Virus record (IMG/VR): IMGVR_UViG_3300045988_175974
Reading direction: 5' to 3' (one strand)
Source: a virus
DNA length: 64,000 nt
Shown here: piece by piece, positions 26,301 to 35,723 of the stretch
Layout of the letters: the number at the start of each line of letters is the position of its first letter
How positions within the stretch are numbered: position 1 is the stretch's first letter
The notes under the pieces: model-generated
Told to the model about the DNA's origin: nothing
The model's input: only the letters and a program-made list of their open reading frames with translations
The model's database searches: none
Position numbers and translations under genes: made by a program

Positions 26301-29300
26301 GATATATTATTGCGGGCATCGTCTTCAGGAGTTGTAGCAGAGCCTTTACCGCCCTTCCCAGTTTCATCAATATGTTGTGGGGTTCCCGTCTCTTTACCAG
26401 TTGCCACATCCAATTCCGCGCCGAATCTATCTCTTAACGCGTTTTCCTGCGCAATAACATCGTCCAATCGGCGTTGAGCCTTATCACGAGCACTCTTTGC
26501 CGCAGCCCTCTGACCTGCTTGGCCGATAGCGCCCTGAACCTGAGAAGGCATCATGGCACCGCCGGAAGTCTGAATATAGGAGCCGTTAGGTGTCTGTACC
26601 TTCGAGTTAGCGTAAGCATCTTCTTTTTTCTGCAAATCAAGAATTGCATCCACCTTCTGCCGACCCAACTCTGCCAGCTTAGAACGGGCACCCTCAAGTT
26701 CGTAATACTTCTGCAAGCGGGTAAAGTTTGCATCCCATGCCTTAGTATTTTCCTTGACTGCACCGGTTTCAGTATTAATCTTTGCGTTGAGTCCAGGAAT
26801 AGCACTATTCAACTGATTCATCGCATCGATTCGCAACTTCATAGAAGCAGAAGTATCTTTCATTACATTATGAAGACGATTCAGTTGCTCCTGCTCTTCC
26901 ATTGCCCTACGCTTACCTTCCTCCTGTACTTCGTTCAGTACACGCTGACCGGCTGAAGCCCGATTCAGAGAAGACGTATATTCAGCCAACTTCACAACAA
27001 GAATACCTAGCAAGCCGATTATACCACCGAAGACACCAGCCTGTTTTACTAATGACAGCTTATTGAAAGTCGAAACCATCTTAGCCCAAACCACACTCAG
27101 TGAGGCCGAAGCAGAACTCAGCTTCTGAGCATAATCAAGTACGTATGCAAACGCACCCGCCAAACCTGCCATACTGAGCATAGATATGAGCGTAGGAAGG
27201 ATATTCAGCAGCATTTTGACAGAAGCAAAAATGAGTCCGATGGCTAACTTAACCTCTGTCATAAAACCGAGGCTGCTGGTTAATTCCTGAGTTAACTCAA
27301 ACCACGCCTTAGCTATATCGTGAACGGGACCTGCCGCTGCGCTGGATGAAACAAACTGTTTCTCCCAAAGGTTATTAGCACGCTCCATATAGGCCATAGC
27401 GGTTTCCTGCTGCATATTGTACTCTACCGTTACAGCCGTACCGTCATTAAAGGCTTTATTTGATTCCTCAACAGCTTTTGTAAGCATACCATTTTTGGCA
27501 GCCATCGTAACCATCGTCTTCACGAGTCGGGCGCCATCAGAACCTAAGTCTTTAAACAATCCGTCAAGAGCAAAGACATTCTTGGTTTCACCCATTTTTC
27601 TAAAGATAGTAAGAATAGCATCCATACCTCTTCCGCTCTCGATCATCTTCTTCAAACTTCCGGTAGCGATACCCAGGGATTTTTCTATAGGGCTGGTTCC
27701 TTTTCGCAACTCAGTTACCAATTTACCAAAAGCGGTTGCTGCCACTTCTGGCTCCAATGCCATACTATCTACCGCAGAACCAAGGGCGAGAATATCAGGC
27801 GTGGTAAGGGCAGCCTGTTCACCAAGGGCGAGCATACGGTTTGAGAAATCCACAATCTTATCGCTGGAAGCGGTGGAAGTAGCAGCCAGACGGAAGATTG
27901 CAGAACCAGTCTTCAACATGGCTTTTTCAACACCATACTTGTCAACCAATCCCATTACCTCAGTAATCTTTGCCAAAGACGTGAGCGCTTCCTCACCCAA
28001 ATCTTCTTTAAGTGCCACATTTACCTGGTCGGCAGCACGGACGAAGCCAGCGAGTGCCATAGTTCCTCCCTGCGTCTGAACGCCCAACTTAGCGCCAGCA
28101 TAAGCGATGCGATTTAGCTCTTCAAGGCTAGTTCTGGTATCAATTTTTGACAACTCACGAGAAAGATTTGCTATTTCATCCGTAGTAGAAAGCGCAACTT
28201 TGCGAATATCTGTCAACTGATCCGCAAACTTCATGTTCAGACGGAACAAATCAACAAAGTAAGTCTTTACCTGGTTGAATACCGCAAACATACCTACGTA
28301 TGCCGTAAGGTTCTTTAATGCCGTATGCCATGCACCGCCCTGCTTATTGGCTGCACCCGTTGCATCATCAATAACCCTCTTGAGATTCTTCAGTTCCTTC
28401 TGTCTGTTTGCAAATGTCTCGCTCTTGGTGTTGACAAAGTTCAGTTCCTCCTCAAGTTGCTTATAAGCCTGTCTCAGCTCATTGATATTTGCCTTGCCAG
28501 TCTTACTGCGGGCAACAATATCATTGATTTGCGCTTGCGAAAGACGGGTACCTTTCATAGTTTGTTCCAACTGGGCATATTGTCTGCGTAAATCAGATAC
28601 AGCCTTGCTTCCAGCAGGGAGTTGCTGAATTTTCTGCTGAATAGCGTCCATTGTGCGCTTAATGTCCTCACCCGAAGCCTTGCCAGGGTTTGATAAAACC
28701 TGTCGCATCTGCTGCCAACTGATCGCTGCCTTCTGAGCCTTGCCCGATACGGCATTCAAACGCTCTTCAATCGTTTGAAGTTCGCGATTATAAGTTTCTA
28801 TAGCACTTGCGTTACCGATAGGTACTCTATCACGAACTTCTGTAATCGTAGCCTTGGCACGGCGCAAATCGGACACAGAAGCATTGCTGTCACTTACTGC
28901 TTGGCGAGCTTCCGATATGCCCATCTTTCCTTTGCGTCTATCCTCCTCTGCCTCCAGTTGCTTTAAGGTACTGAGGTTGTGATGATATGAAGTATCTGTC
29001 TTTTCGAGCGAAGCCACAAGCTCTTTCTGTTGAACAATAGCCTTACTAAGCCATTGGTCAGATTGATTCCTTACGTTCTTCAGTCCTTTTTCAATCTTCA
29101 CATACTTGCCTTCGAGCAATCGCACCTCGTCACCTACTTCCTTCATCAGCGAGCGGATATGTTTTGCTTCTTCCTCCTCTGCTTCAGAAAGGCCTTCCAG
29201 CTTGCGCTTGCCTTCACCCAATGCACGACGAAGGTTACGGAGCGAAGTATTACCGAGGTTATTAACCACAGCTTCCAGTCGCTCCGTAGTCTTGATGGTC

Positions 29301-29479
29301 TGAACCTGGGCAGACTGCAGGGCTTTCACTTTCGCCTCTGCCTCCTTGTATTCCTCTGTGCCAGGCTTCATCTGCTTCATCTGATCGGTAAGTTCCTTTG
29401 CCTTATCGAGAAGGAGTTGCAGCACTTTGATAGGCTGCTTGCCGTCCATCGTAATGATGGATTCTATTTTACCTGCCAT
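23369..29479 (-). CDS. tail tape measure protein (TP901-family core)
   Basis: 2036 aa. N-terminal coiled coils; core region ...IAYAGAKLGVQTQGGTMALAGFVRAADQVNVALKEDLGEEALTSLAKI...ALGSAVDSMALEPEVAATAFGKLV typical of the tape-measure core; hydrophobic segments; long Gln/Lys/Glu coiled coils. Confidence 0.8.
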   Translation of the reverse strand: MAGKIESIITMDGKQPIKVLQLLLDKAKELTDQMKQMKPGTEEYKEAEAKVKALQSAQVQTIKTTERLEAVVNNLGNTSLRNLRRALGEGKRKLEGLSEAEEEEAKHIRSLMKEVGDEVRLLEGKYVKIEKGLKNVRNQSDQWLSKAIVQQKELVASLEKTDTSYHHNLSTLKQLEAEEDRRKGKMGISEARQAVSDSNASVSDLRRAKATITEVRDRVPIGNASAIETYNRELQTIEERLNAVSGKAQKAAISWQQMRQVLSNPGKASGEDIKRTMDAIQQKIQQLPAGSKAVSDLRRQYAQLEQTMKGTRLSQAQINDIVARSKTGKANINELRQAYKQLEEELNFVNTKSETFANRQKELKNLKRVIDDATGAANKQGGAWHTALKNLTAYVGMFAVFNQVKTYFVDLFRLNMKFADQLTDIRKVALSTTDEIANLSRELSKIDTRTSLEELNRIAYAGAKLGVQTQGGTMALAGFVRAADQVNVALKEDLGEEALTSLAKITEVMGLVDKYGVEKAMLKTGSAIFRLAATSTASSDKIVDFSNRMLALGEQAALTTPDILALGSAVDSMALEPEVAATAFGKLVTELRKGTSPIEKSLGIATGSLKKMIESGRGMDAILTIFRKMGETKNVFALDGLFKDLGSDGARLVKTMVTMAAKNGMLTKAVEESNKAFNDGTAVTVEYNMQQETAMAYMERANNLWEKQFVSSSAAAGPVHDIAKAWFELTQELTSSLGFMTEVKLAIGLIFASVKMLLNILPTLISMLSMAGLAGAFAYVLDYAQKLSSASASLSVVWAKMVSTFNKLSLVKQAGVFGGIIGLLGILVVKLAEYTSSLNRASAGQRVLNEVQEEGKRRAMEEQEQLNRLHNVMKDTSASMKLRIDAMNQLNSAIPGLNAKINTETGAVKENTKAWDANFTRLQKYYELEGARSKLAELGRQKVDAILDLQKKEDAYANSKVQTPNGSYIQTSGGAMMPSQVQGAIGQAGQRAAAKSARDKAQRRLDDVIAQENALRDRFGAELDVATGKETGTPQHIDETGKGGKGSATTPEDDARNNISEFITKIKNFYERQKTAMVEEMTKDNVEKEIQKQVVNDLDIKLKSALAAAKQSIVLGKKTWDDFKKTMDKDRKEKDDEFGQSQSRTLLEQINAYDVSKLRADLLKQLPKIKKGKVVGYKSDERDRAYLDRQWLDASKGENSNANIIQERMEQRRKELLEHDYTKVVQENSFLGLIKSRFADVSLDSLQKDKNDVIKVLEKARTQMADLFATEGKKDNLLKFLFGENYENTPSVFLALLNDTEENVKLFYRKLIQYSDEYTEAEKKHYDEAKKISDFWWKRNQRNLANQETLRKMQQESALFGKRTNMWSNLGLGDLTADPEVELMKMKMQMAEDYYAFVFKNSKNKQLLDEADKARQEAELAYVNQMATAMKNRLSQMQQLVQPIETFGAEVGKAFAEMRNDVSSAQESIKNALKSMLESWGNMALNDVNTQMWKAINDAGAKRAKKKAQPGIDAARANANANAVKEDFSHLGTKANPMYVRLVDEGASYLTQQPQSSFENMSSRQQPIGWNPDGSPIMPGKSPAALDNAPVVPYAPTDSKQQGTQEQQNGAPHAWAHRNRDNANAFYQDAATQTGAAAADAIAGGGSWSDVAADIGGSFIGGVMNTEFKTGGGKSKEDKEKAEQLKKEKKHQKELSKEVKKGNKDREKVTTQGVKNITDVTDAGNKEQTEGTKIALNTGVAMTETALTTNLAKTQANNEAVIESDADRTRAGMTFSIAGAIGKCFDFLGPIAGPIAAAGVMATLMGLLQWALNSAFSGGKKKSNTNTKLVTGMLTYDSGNVQDLKPFVDDNGELYWMADDNDKEMGKKPFMADNGEVYWAKEDDGKQMQGVKMLTSPTATTVNGQPSLIAERGPEIVIGRETTHAMMMNNPGLLKALVNYDRNYSGRNSARRAFDNGNVGDVLAAGTQAGNGNLLPGASAADGLLAASAASNAALLQAVNALIQRLNEPISAKINMFGRGELYDSLNKANQFMKNK

Positions 29480-29499
29480 AATCTTTTTCTTTTAAAATA

Positions 29500-30063
29500 T
29501 TATTCTCTCTTGATTCCGTCATCCTCCAGCGCCTTCGCTATCTGCATGATAGCCTGCCAGCCGTAGTAATCGGCAAGATGGTTCTCGTATCTCGTTTTCA
29601 GTCTGCGAATGGTTCGCATGATAGCCGGACGGTGAGATTTACCTTCCCTTCTATCCCACTTTCTGATATATCGGGTGTTGTACTTCGCCTTCCTTGCTCG
29701 GTCCACCTTGTCAGCCGTGATATGAGCTTCTGGGTCGTGAGGATTTCCGGTCAAACCTACACCAATATCCACGAACTTCAGATAATCGTTGTAGCGAATA
29801 CCTACGGTGAGTTCACCCGTCTCCTCATTAGCCTGATATACTGTACCCTCGAAGGATTTTGCACCATCGCCTCTTGACCACCACATGTGGTGCTTTCTCC
29901 GGTACTGATTCACCTTCTCATAGCCGCGATATACCTCTGTAGGGTAGATACGCTGCTTCTGAAAGTTCAACTGAATATCGAGCAAAGCCTGCTTGAGATA
30001 GATTCCTGCTACATCTTTTAAAGGTGCAAAAGGCGATTGGATGGGTTTAGTCTTGATTCCCAT
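29500..30063 (-). CDS. hypothetical protein (tail-module position, upstream of tape measure)
   Basis: 187-aa ORF; call from position only. Confidence 0.5.
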   Translation of the reverse strand: MGIKTKPIQSPFAPLKDVAGIYLKQALLDIQLNFQKQRIYPTEVYRGYEKVNQYRRKHHMWWSRGDGAKSFEGTVYQANEETGELTVGIRYNDYLKFVDIGVGLTGNPHDPEAHITADKVDRARKAKYNTRYIRKWDRREGKSHRPAIMRTIRRLKTRYENHLADYYGWQAIMQIAKALEDDGIKRE

Positions 30064-30077
30064 AAGCCGTTTCCTTT

Positions 30078-30665
30078 CTATTTAGTTGATGCAGGAATGA
30101 TATATTTCTGCTCCTTTTCACATTGGAAGTTATAGAGCGGACGGATGGTCTGCCAATAGCAATCGGCAAGGAGCCAGCTCGGTCCACGGAAAAGAGGGTT
30201 TACACCATAGGCGAAACTCTCTATATCGACAGATGATAACTCGATGCCCAATTTAGGCTCTTCCGTCTTGAAGTTTCTGCCAGTGATAGGACAGATACCT
30301 GTGCGGCGAAGCTGAGTGAGATAAGAGGCGAGGTCTTCGCAATACTCCATCAGATCATCCGATGCAGCCTGCAATTTGCTACCATCATATCTGCCCAATG
30401 TAGCAGAGGAATCTTTCAGTCGGGTAAGGAAACAGACCTGATAAGTAATCAGGGCTTGCTTATCCGATTTCAACTCTCCGGAGTTCACTACACGATAGAG
30501 CATACAGGGAGAGTGAATGATATTGGCGTTTCGGGAAAAGATATTTTCCTCATCAATATCACGAATGCGAAAGAAACTCTGATCCTCCAGCTTCTTGCTT
30601 GTCGGGTCATGGGATAAGGGCTTGTATATCGTAGCCCAATGTTCCAAAACATCTGATATTGTCAT
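30078..30665 (-). CDS. hypothetical protein (tail-module position)
   Basis: 195-aa ORF; call from position only. Confidence 0.5.
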   Translation of the reverse strand: MTISDVLEHWATIYKPLSHDPTSKKLEDQSFFRIRDIDEENIFSRNANIIHSPCMLYRVVNSGELKSDKQALITYQVCFLTRLKDSSATLGRYDGSKLQAASDDLMEYCEDLASYLTQLRRTGICPITGRNFKTEEPKLGIELSSVDIESFAYGVNPLFRGPSWLLADCYWQTIRPLYNFQCEKEQKYIIPASTK

Positions 30666-30729
30666 AATTCAAAGAGATTTTAACACATTATTAACTGATA
30701 GCGTACAGAAATTAAGAGATATTGGCACA

Positions 30730-31329
30730 TTACATGCCCATTACTGGGTCAGCAGGTTTCTGCGGAATCCAGTCGTCATTATCATCTTCTTTCTTCTTAT
30801 CCTCTTCCGGAGTAGCCTCTTCCTTGTTGCCCTCTTCTTCTTCCTTCATCAAGTCTTTCAGCTTCACATTGAAGTGCCTTTCGGTTTTATCAGCCACAAT
30901 CTTCTGCATCACTCTTGCCCAGGGTGCCCCATTGCAGGTACTCTCGTTTTCGAGGATGCTCACGAGCTGTACACCGCAGTAGATAGCAGCAAGATAGTTG
31001 GCGAGATGGAGAGGGTTCTGAAAATCGAGTATCACGGTATCTACCATCGTAGCCAAGAATATCGCAAGGATGAGGACGGAGAAATCTTTCACCATCTTTG
31101 CCATTTTCTTAGATTTCAGTTTGCCGTCGATTTTACATCGAGGGTCTTTCTTGATTGCCTCCCGATAGCGGGAATAGATGCGGCAGTTGCACCGCCACGC
31201 CGTATAGCAGTCGCAGATAAGGGCGAAGAAGCATACGGCGATGTAATTAAGAGATGGTTCCAGGGTACACCACACTAAGCCGATAATGGCTGCAAGAAAC
31301 CTGGTAAGGGTCGGAATTAAACTTTGCAT
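30730..31329 (-). CDS. holin-like multi-pass membrane protein with acidic C-terminal tail
   Basis: 3-4 hydrophobic segments. VSILENES resembles the SILEN block of the phage holin 4_1 family (from memory). Confidence 0.45.
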   Translation of the reverse strand: MQSLIPTLTRFLAAIIGLVWCTLEPSLNYIAVCFFALICDCYTAWRCNCRIYSRYREAIKKDPRCKIDGKLKSKKMAKMVKDFSVLILAIFLATMVDTVILDFQNPLHLANYLAAIYCGVQLVSILENESTCNGAPWARVMQKIVADKTERHFNVKLKDLMKEEEEGNKEEATPEEDKKKEDDNDDWIPQKPADPVMGM

Positions 31330-31375
31330 TTCTTTTTTCTTTTTAATGTTATCCTATGTTGTCTTAATACTATTG

Positions 31376-31411
31376 CAAAAGTATCGGTTTTTAATTGAGA
31401 GATGGGGACAA
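31376..31411 (-). promoter_or_regulatory. TTGTCCC-N21-TAnnTTTG promoter-like motif P4 (minus-strand tail operon)
   Basis: Minus strand TTGTCCCCATCTCTCAATTAAAAACCGATACTTTTG. Confidence 0.6.
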
Positions 31412-31421
31412 AGGGATTTTC

Positions 31422-31457
31422 TTGTCCCAATCATTTAGGAGCGATTTCGTAATTTTG
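31422..31457 (+). promoter_or_regulatory. TTGTCCC-N21-TAnnTTTG promoter-like motif P5 (plus-strand packaging operon)
   Basis: Plus strand TTGTCCCAATCATTTAGGAGCGATTTCGTAATTTTG. Back-to-back with P4, 10 nt apart. Confidence 0.6.
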
Positions 31458-31507
31458 CAATCAGATGTACGGATGGTATATAGACTTCCGTGGTCCGGGG
31501 TTTTTGA

Positions 31508-31534
31508 ACACGAATGACACGAATGACACGAATT
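31508..31534 (+). repeat. 3 x 9-bp tandem repeat ACACGAATG in the leader of the plus-strand operon
   Basis: acacgaatg acacgaatg acacgaatt. Confidence 0.85.
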
Positions 31535-31589
31535 TCGTTTTTCGATGCCCCACCAATTATACATTTTATACATTAAACATTAATAAGGA

Positions 31590-32375
31590 ATGAGCCAATT
31601 AACGCAAAACACCCTGCAGAGGATAGACAAATGGCTATCAAATGGTCTCAGCATGGAGACGATGTTCCCCAAACTGGAACAGCGGTACCGCATGCAGATT
31701 TGTGCCGAGTTCTACAAGCGATGGGTGCAGAACAACGATATAGACCCTCGTACCACCTGCCGCAATATCGCACGGCGCGATTATACGCTCTTCGTGAACC
31801 AAGCAGGACAGGGCAACAAGGAGGCGCAGGAAATGGTGATGGCGCTGCATATTGATATTGACGAGGAAGGCAATATCAAACCCCGAACGGTTACGGAACT
31901 GAATAATGATGTGGCGGTATGCAACCACATTATCCGTTTTTTTCAGACCGATGAAAGCCCTCGCCACAAGGCGATGTATCTGAGCAGCGCTGAATGGCTC
32001 ATCCGCACGGGCAAGCAGCAGAACAACGACCGCGCGGTGGATAAGGGTATGCAAGCCCTGGCTAATGTATATGGTAACTTCGTGGAGGATAAGGATGCTA
32101 CGGATGAGATGCCAGATATGAGCCGCATTGCCATTACCCAGGATGTGAGCATCGTGAAGCACGACCGCATCAACTATACCGATGAGTATAAGCGCAAGAT
32201 GGCTCGCAAGTACGGTTTGACGGTGAAGGATATGCAGCAGATAGCCGATGAGGAGAGTCTGAATGCTACTCCGGAAAAAGCTCCTGATTACTTCGACTAC
32301 ATGGAAGAGGTGATGGAAGAGAAGGAGGCTGACAAAAAGGCTAAAGAAATGAAGGAGGAACCAGCCGATGAGTAA
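31590..32375 (+). CDS. hypothetical protein (small-terminase candidate by position only)
   Basis: 261-aa ORF, first gene of the TerL-containing operon; acidic C-terminus. Confidence 0.5.
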   Translation: MSQLTQNTLQRIDKWLSNGLSMETMFPKLEQRYRMQICAEFYKRWVQNNDIDPRTTCRNIARRDYTLFVNQAGQGNKEAQEMVMALHIDIDEEGNIKPRTVTELNNDVAVCNHIIRFFQTDESPRHKAMYLSSAEWLIRTGKQQNNDRAVDKGMQALANVYGNFVEDKDATDEMPDMSRIAITQDVSIVKHDRINYTDEYKRKMARKYGLTVKDMQQIADEESLNATPEKAPDYFDYMEEVMEEKEADKKAKEMKEEPADE

Positions 32376-32607
32376 GCGATACGGAAATCATCATCCCAAC
32401 AAGATACCTCCCTTCCGTCCTGATCCGGAACACTGGACGAGGAAAAGCAGCCACGGTTGGAAAGCCAAGGTTGCCTACGAGAGTGAGGATGAAGCCTGCG
32501 AGTTCCTGCACCTGCACCCTAAAATCATGGCTGCCGGATATACGGCTTATCAGTGCAAGGTTTGCTCGAAATGGCACATTGGGAAATTAAGAGTTGATAG
32601 TTTATAA
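32368..32607 (+). CDS. small protein with C-terminal CxxC..H
   Basis: 79 aa; ATGA overlap with the previous gene; YQCKVCSKWHIG. Confidence 0.45.
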   Translation: MSKRYGNHHPNKIPPFRPDPEHWTRKSSHGWKAKVAYESEDEACEFLHLHPKIMAAGYTAYQCKVCSKWHIGKLRVDSL

Positions 32608-32624
32608 TTTATAGTTTATAGAGG

Positions 32625-33394
32625 ATGGAGTTAAATAAGATATATAATGAAGATTGCCTGGTAGGAATGAAAAAGATTCCGAACGCAAGCGTGGATTGCA
32701 TTATCTGCGATTTGCCGTATGGCGTTCTCAATAAAAAGAGTGAGGGCGGTGGCTGGGATAGCATTATCCCGCTTGAGCCATTATGGAAGGAATATCTGCG
32801 CATAACCAAACCCAATGCAGCGATTATTCTTTTCTGCCAGGGTATGTTTACCGCACAACTTATGATGTCACAGCCGAAACTCTGGAAATATAATCTTATT
32901 TGGAGCAAGCAGCGGGTAACAGGCTTTCTGAATGCCAACAAGATGCCTCTGCGCTCGCATGAGGATATTGCAGTATTCTATCGGAAACAACCTATCTACA
33001 ATCCTCAGATGGTTAAATGTGCTCCACATCAAAGGAACCATCGAAGGGGCGATGGCTCTCATAGTTTGAAGCGAGGTTGTTATGGCGATCATAAAGAAGT
33101 GCCTACTATCGTATCAGATGAAAAATTCCCTAAGAGCATTATCTGCTTTGATAAAGAACATTCTGCCGATACCTTCCACCCCACTCAAAAGCCAGTAGCT
33201 CTTATCCAGTATCTTATATGTACTTATACCAATGTGGGGGGTGCGTTCTTGATAACTGCATGGGCAGCGGCACTACCGCCATCGCCTGTATCAGGGAAAA
33301 GAGGAACTTCATCGGATTTGAATTAAACAAAGAATATTACGACAAGGCTTGTAAGCGCATTCAGCTTGAAATGATGCAGCCTTCTCTGTTTTAA
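32625..33394 (+). pseudogene. N6-adenine/N4-cytosine DNA methyltransferase (beta-class order) interrupted at a G6 tract (33236-33241)
   Basis: Frame 0 carries DCIICDLPYG (motif IV-like) ... FHPTQKPVALIQYL. After the G6 run the conserved end VLDNCMGSGTTAIACIREKRNFIGFELNKEYYDKACKRIQ continues in another frame to TAA 33392-33394. A G7 tract would restore one ORF. Confidence 0.8.
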
Positions 33395-33429
33395 AATCAA
33401 CATACATTCAGGATAACATTTTTATTATT

Positions 33430-35430
33430 ATGCAACAACCACATTTGATATACCTAACCAAATTCCAGCAGCAGTCATTATATATGGCTGCGAAGGATGA
33501 AAGGGTGATTGCCGCAAGACGTGTGGGTAAAACCGACGGTCTTGTGGCTCCATACGTCTGGATGGCTTCTAACTCTATGCCCGGTATGCTGGGAGCCTGG
33601 GTAGCCGTATCACGACAGCAGGGATTCGGCAAAACTATTCCTGGTACCATGGCTGCCATGAAACGAATGTTCGGCTTTACGCAGGGCATTCATTTCGGTT
33701 GGGGACGACCACCGAAGCACGCTCGTGAGGCTATCTTTAAGCCGAAAAACTATGACAATATCATTTGGTTTGCCAATGGTGCCCAGTGGGTGCTCATCTC
33801 CCTCTCGCAGACCGCAAGTGCCAACAGCTACACTTTTTCGGCGATGGTAGGTGACGAGGCAAGATTCTTCCCTTACAAGAAAGTAACCGATGAGTTGATG
33901 CCGGCGTTATCAGGCCAGACTCACCCTTTGGGCAACATCAACTTTACTGATTACAACCCGCTCTATAAATCGACGAGATTCCTATCTGATGCTTCGCTTA
34001 CCACCAAGGGTAGTTGGTTGGAGCGTGAGGAGGAGAAGCTTGACCTTACAATAGAATCAGGTAAATTTCAAGGCAAGACTTACAGATGGGTGCAGGAGCA
34101 GTTGGAAGACTATGCAAACAAGATTATCCGTTACAACGACCTTATTTATAATGCCAAAAAGACCGGGCATATCCCTCATGCCGTGCCACCCGATTTGAGA
34201 TTGATGATACGTGCCATCGCCCTCAAGATGATTAAGCACGAGGGACAGTTTAAGATTCTGCCGAACCACGGCAACCAGCTCACAAAGAACATGGTGGATA
34301 TGGCGGTAAACTATAAGCTGGTGGATACAGCGGATGCGGAACTCATCTATGATTACGAATATCTAGTAACTGATGAAGAATGGTGGGAGATGCAGATGTT
34401 CGACAAATCAAAAGAGTTTCGGGAAGACGAACTGAGAGAGCTTCGCCGCTCGGCATTCCTCGTTCGCCGTGCCTCTACTCTCTCTAATGTGGACTTATTG
34501 AGTGAGGATTACATCCGACAGATGCGCAGAGATTTGCCTAATTACACCTTCATGGTCAGTATTTTGAACGTAAAAATCAAGAAATCGAACGATGGTTTCT
34601 ATTCTAATCTGGATATAGATCATGTTCATGGTTACACCTGCGATGAGATAGACCCCCTTTCACAAGCCAACTGGAGCACTCAGAAGGCTACGGGCATCAT
34701 CGGCGGTAAGAAGATTACTTCAGAAAGTTATCAGCCGGATTTGAAGGAGCTGTCCGAAAGAAACGATTGTCGTATGGATGCCGACTGTGTGAACGACCTT
34801 CCTCTCTATCTCGCATTTGATTATAATGCGAATATCAACACCCTGGTGGTAGGTCAAGTATATCAGCGTGACGGAGTGGAGGCAGTGAATGTAATCAAAA
34901 GCTTCTATGTGAAGAACGAGCGCAAGCTGAGAGAGTTGGTAGATGATTTCTCGCATTACTATGCTCCGAAGAGATCCGTGAACCGTGATGTGGTTTACTT
35001 CTACGATGCCACCGCCAAGCAAGGTGCCTCGTATGCACTGACTGATGAGAGATTCTATCAGGCTGTAATTAAAGAGTTGGAGCGTAATGGATGGAATGTT
35101 ACGGCAATAGATATGGGTGTGCCGGAGAAGCACGAGGTGAAGCATCGCATCATCAATAATGGTCTTGCCGGCATAGAATATCCTGCCATCCGTATCAATC
35201 AGCCCAACAATCCCGACCTGATTATTGCCCTGCAGCTTTGTGAAGTTAGCATCGGCTACCAGGGATTCCGAAAGGATAAGAGCCAGGAGAAGAAAGCGGA
35301 GACTGAAGACAACCTGCCGTTGCAGCAGCGTACCGACTTCACTGATGCCTTCGACTCGCTATATCTGGGATGCAAATTCTGGCGAGGAAATATCGGTTGG
35401 TTCGTACTGCCGGACGGAAGGAACGTTTAA
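33430..35430 (+). CDS. terL: terminase large subunit
   Basis: Walker A AARRVGKTDG, Walker B AMVGDEARF, and a C-terminal nuclease-like region with conserved acidic residues (LAFDYNAN, FYDATAKQG, FTDAFDSL). Confidence 0.8.
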   Translation: MQQPHLIYLTKFQQQSLYMAAKDERVIAARRVGKTDGLVAPYVWMASNSMPGMLGAWVAVSRQQGFGKTIPGTMAAMKRMFGFTQGIHFGWGRPPKHAREAIFKPKNYDNIIWFANGAQWVLISLSQTASANSYTFSAMVGDEARFFPYKKVTDELMPALSGQTHPLGNINFTDYNPLYKSTRFLSDASLTTKGSWLEREEEKLDLTIESGKFQGKTYRWVQEQLEDYANKIIRYNDLIYNAKKTGHIPHAVPPDLRLMIRAIALKMIKHEGQFKILPNHGNQLTKNMVDMAVNYKLVDTADAELIYDYEYLVTDEEWWEMQMFDKSKEFREDELRELRRSAFLVRRASTLSNVDLLSEDYIRQMRRDLPNYTFMVSILNVKIKKSNDGFYSNLDIDHVHGYTCDEIDPLSQANWSTQKATGIIGGKKITSESYQPDLKELSERNDCRMDADCVNDLPLYLAFDYNANINTLVVGQVYQRDGVEAVNVIKSFYVKNERKLRELVDDFSHYYAPKRSVNRDVVYFYDATAKQGASYALTDERFYQAVIKELERNGWNVTAIDMGVPEKHEVKHRIINNGLAGIEYPAIRINQPNNPDLIIALQLCEVSIGYQGFRKDKSQEKKAETEDNLPLQQRTDFTDAFDSLYLGCKFWRGNIGWFVLPDGRNV

Positions 35431-35464
35431 CTAAATGTTGAATGCTGAATGTTTATAGATAAAA

Positions 35465-35505
35465 GGGCGGATGTCATCACGACACCCGCCCTTCTGCGTT
35501 TTTGG
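35465..35505. terminator. bidirectional terminator after terL
   Basis: GGGCGG..CCGCCC stem (35465-35491), flanked by AAAA upstream and TTCTGCGTTTTT downstream. Confidence 0.65.
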
Positions 35506-35716
35506 AAATTAATACATTATCTATATATATAAGAAATATCTAAAAAGTAAATGGGAAAAGGCTCCCCCGCTTCGCAGTGAAGAAGCCCTATAATCATTAT
35601 GAATACTTAAACAGTAAATTGCTGTTTATGAACGGCTGCAACTCCTTGCAGTCTGGTAATTACACAAACCTAATAACTCATTAAATATTTAGAATGAAAA
35701 ACAAAATTATTTATTT
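35465..35716 (-). ncRNA. candidate small non-coding transcript between orphan promoter P6 and terminators
   Basis: P6 at 35724-35759 has no ORF longer than 25 codons downstream. Internal hairpins CTGCAAggagTTGCAG and AAACAGcaatttaCTGTTT. A terminator-like hairpin lies at ~35560-35587 and a strong one at 35465-35491. Confidence 0.35.
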
Positions 35717-35723
35717 CTGCTTG

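Noticed and set aside
23369-29479. The 2036-aa ORF as a giant enzyme, for example a virion RNA polymerase that could read the hairpin motifs.
   Set aside because: The sequence shows a tape-measure-type core, hydrophobic segments and long coiled coils. No polymerase-like Asp motifs were recognisable. If an RNAP exists, it is outside this window.
31391-31573. 60-aa minus-strand ORF containing CHSCHSCS as a Cys/His metal-binding peptide.
   Set aside because: The motif is the translation of the 9-bp tandem DNA repeat in the plus-strand operon leader. The ORF sits between divergent promoters with no start context.
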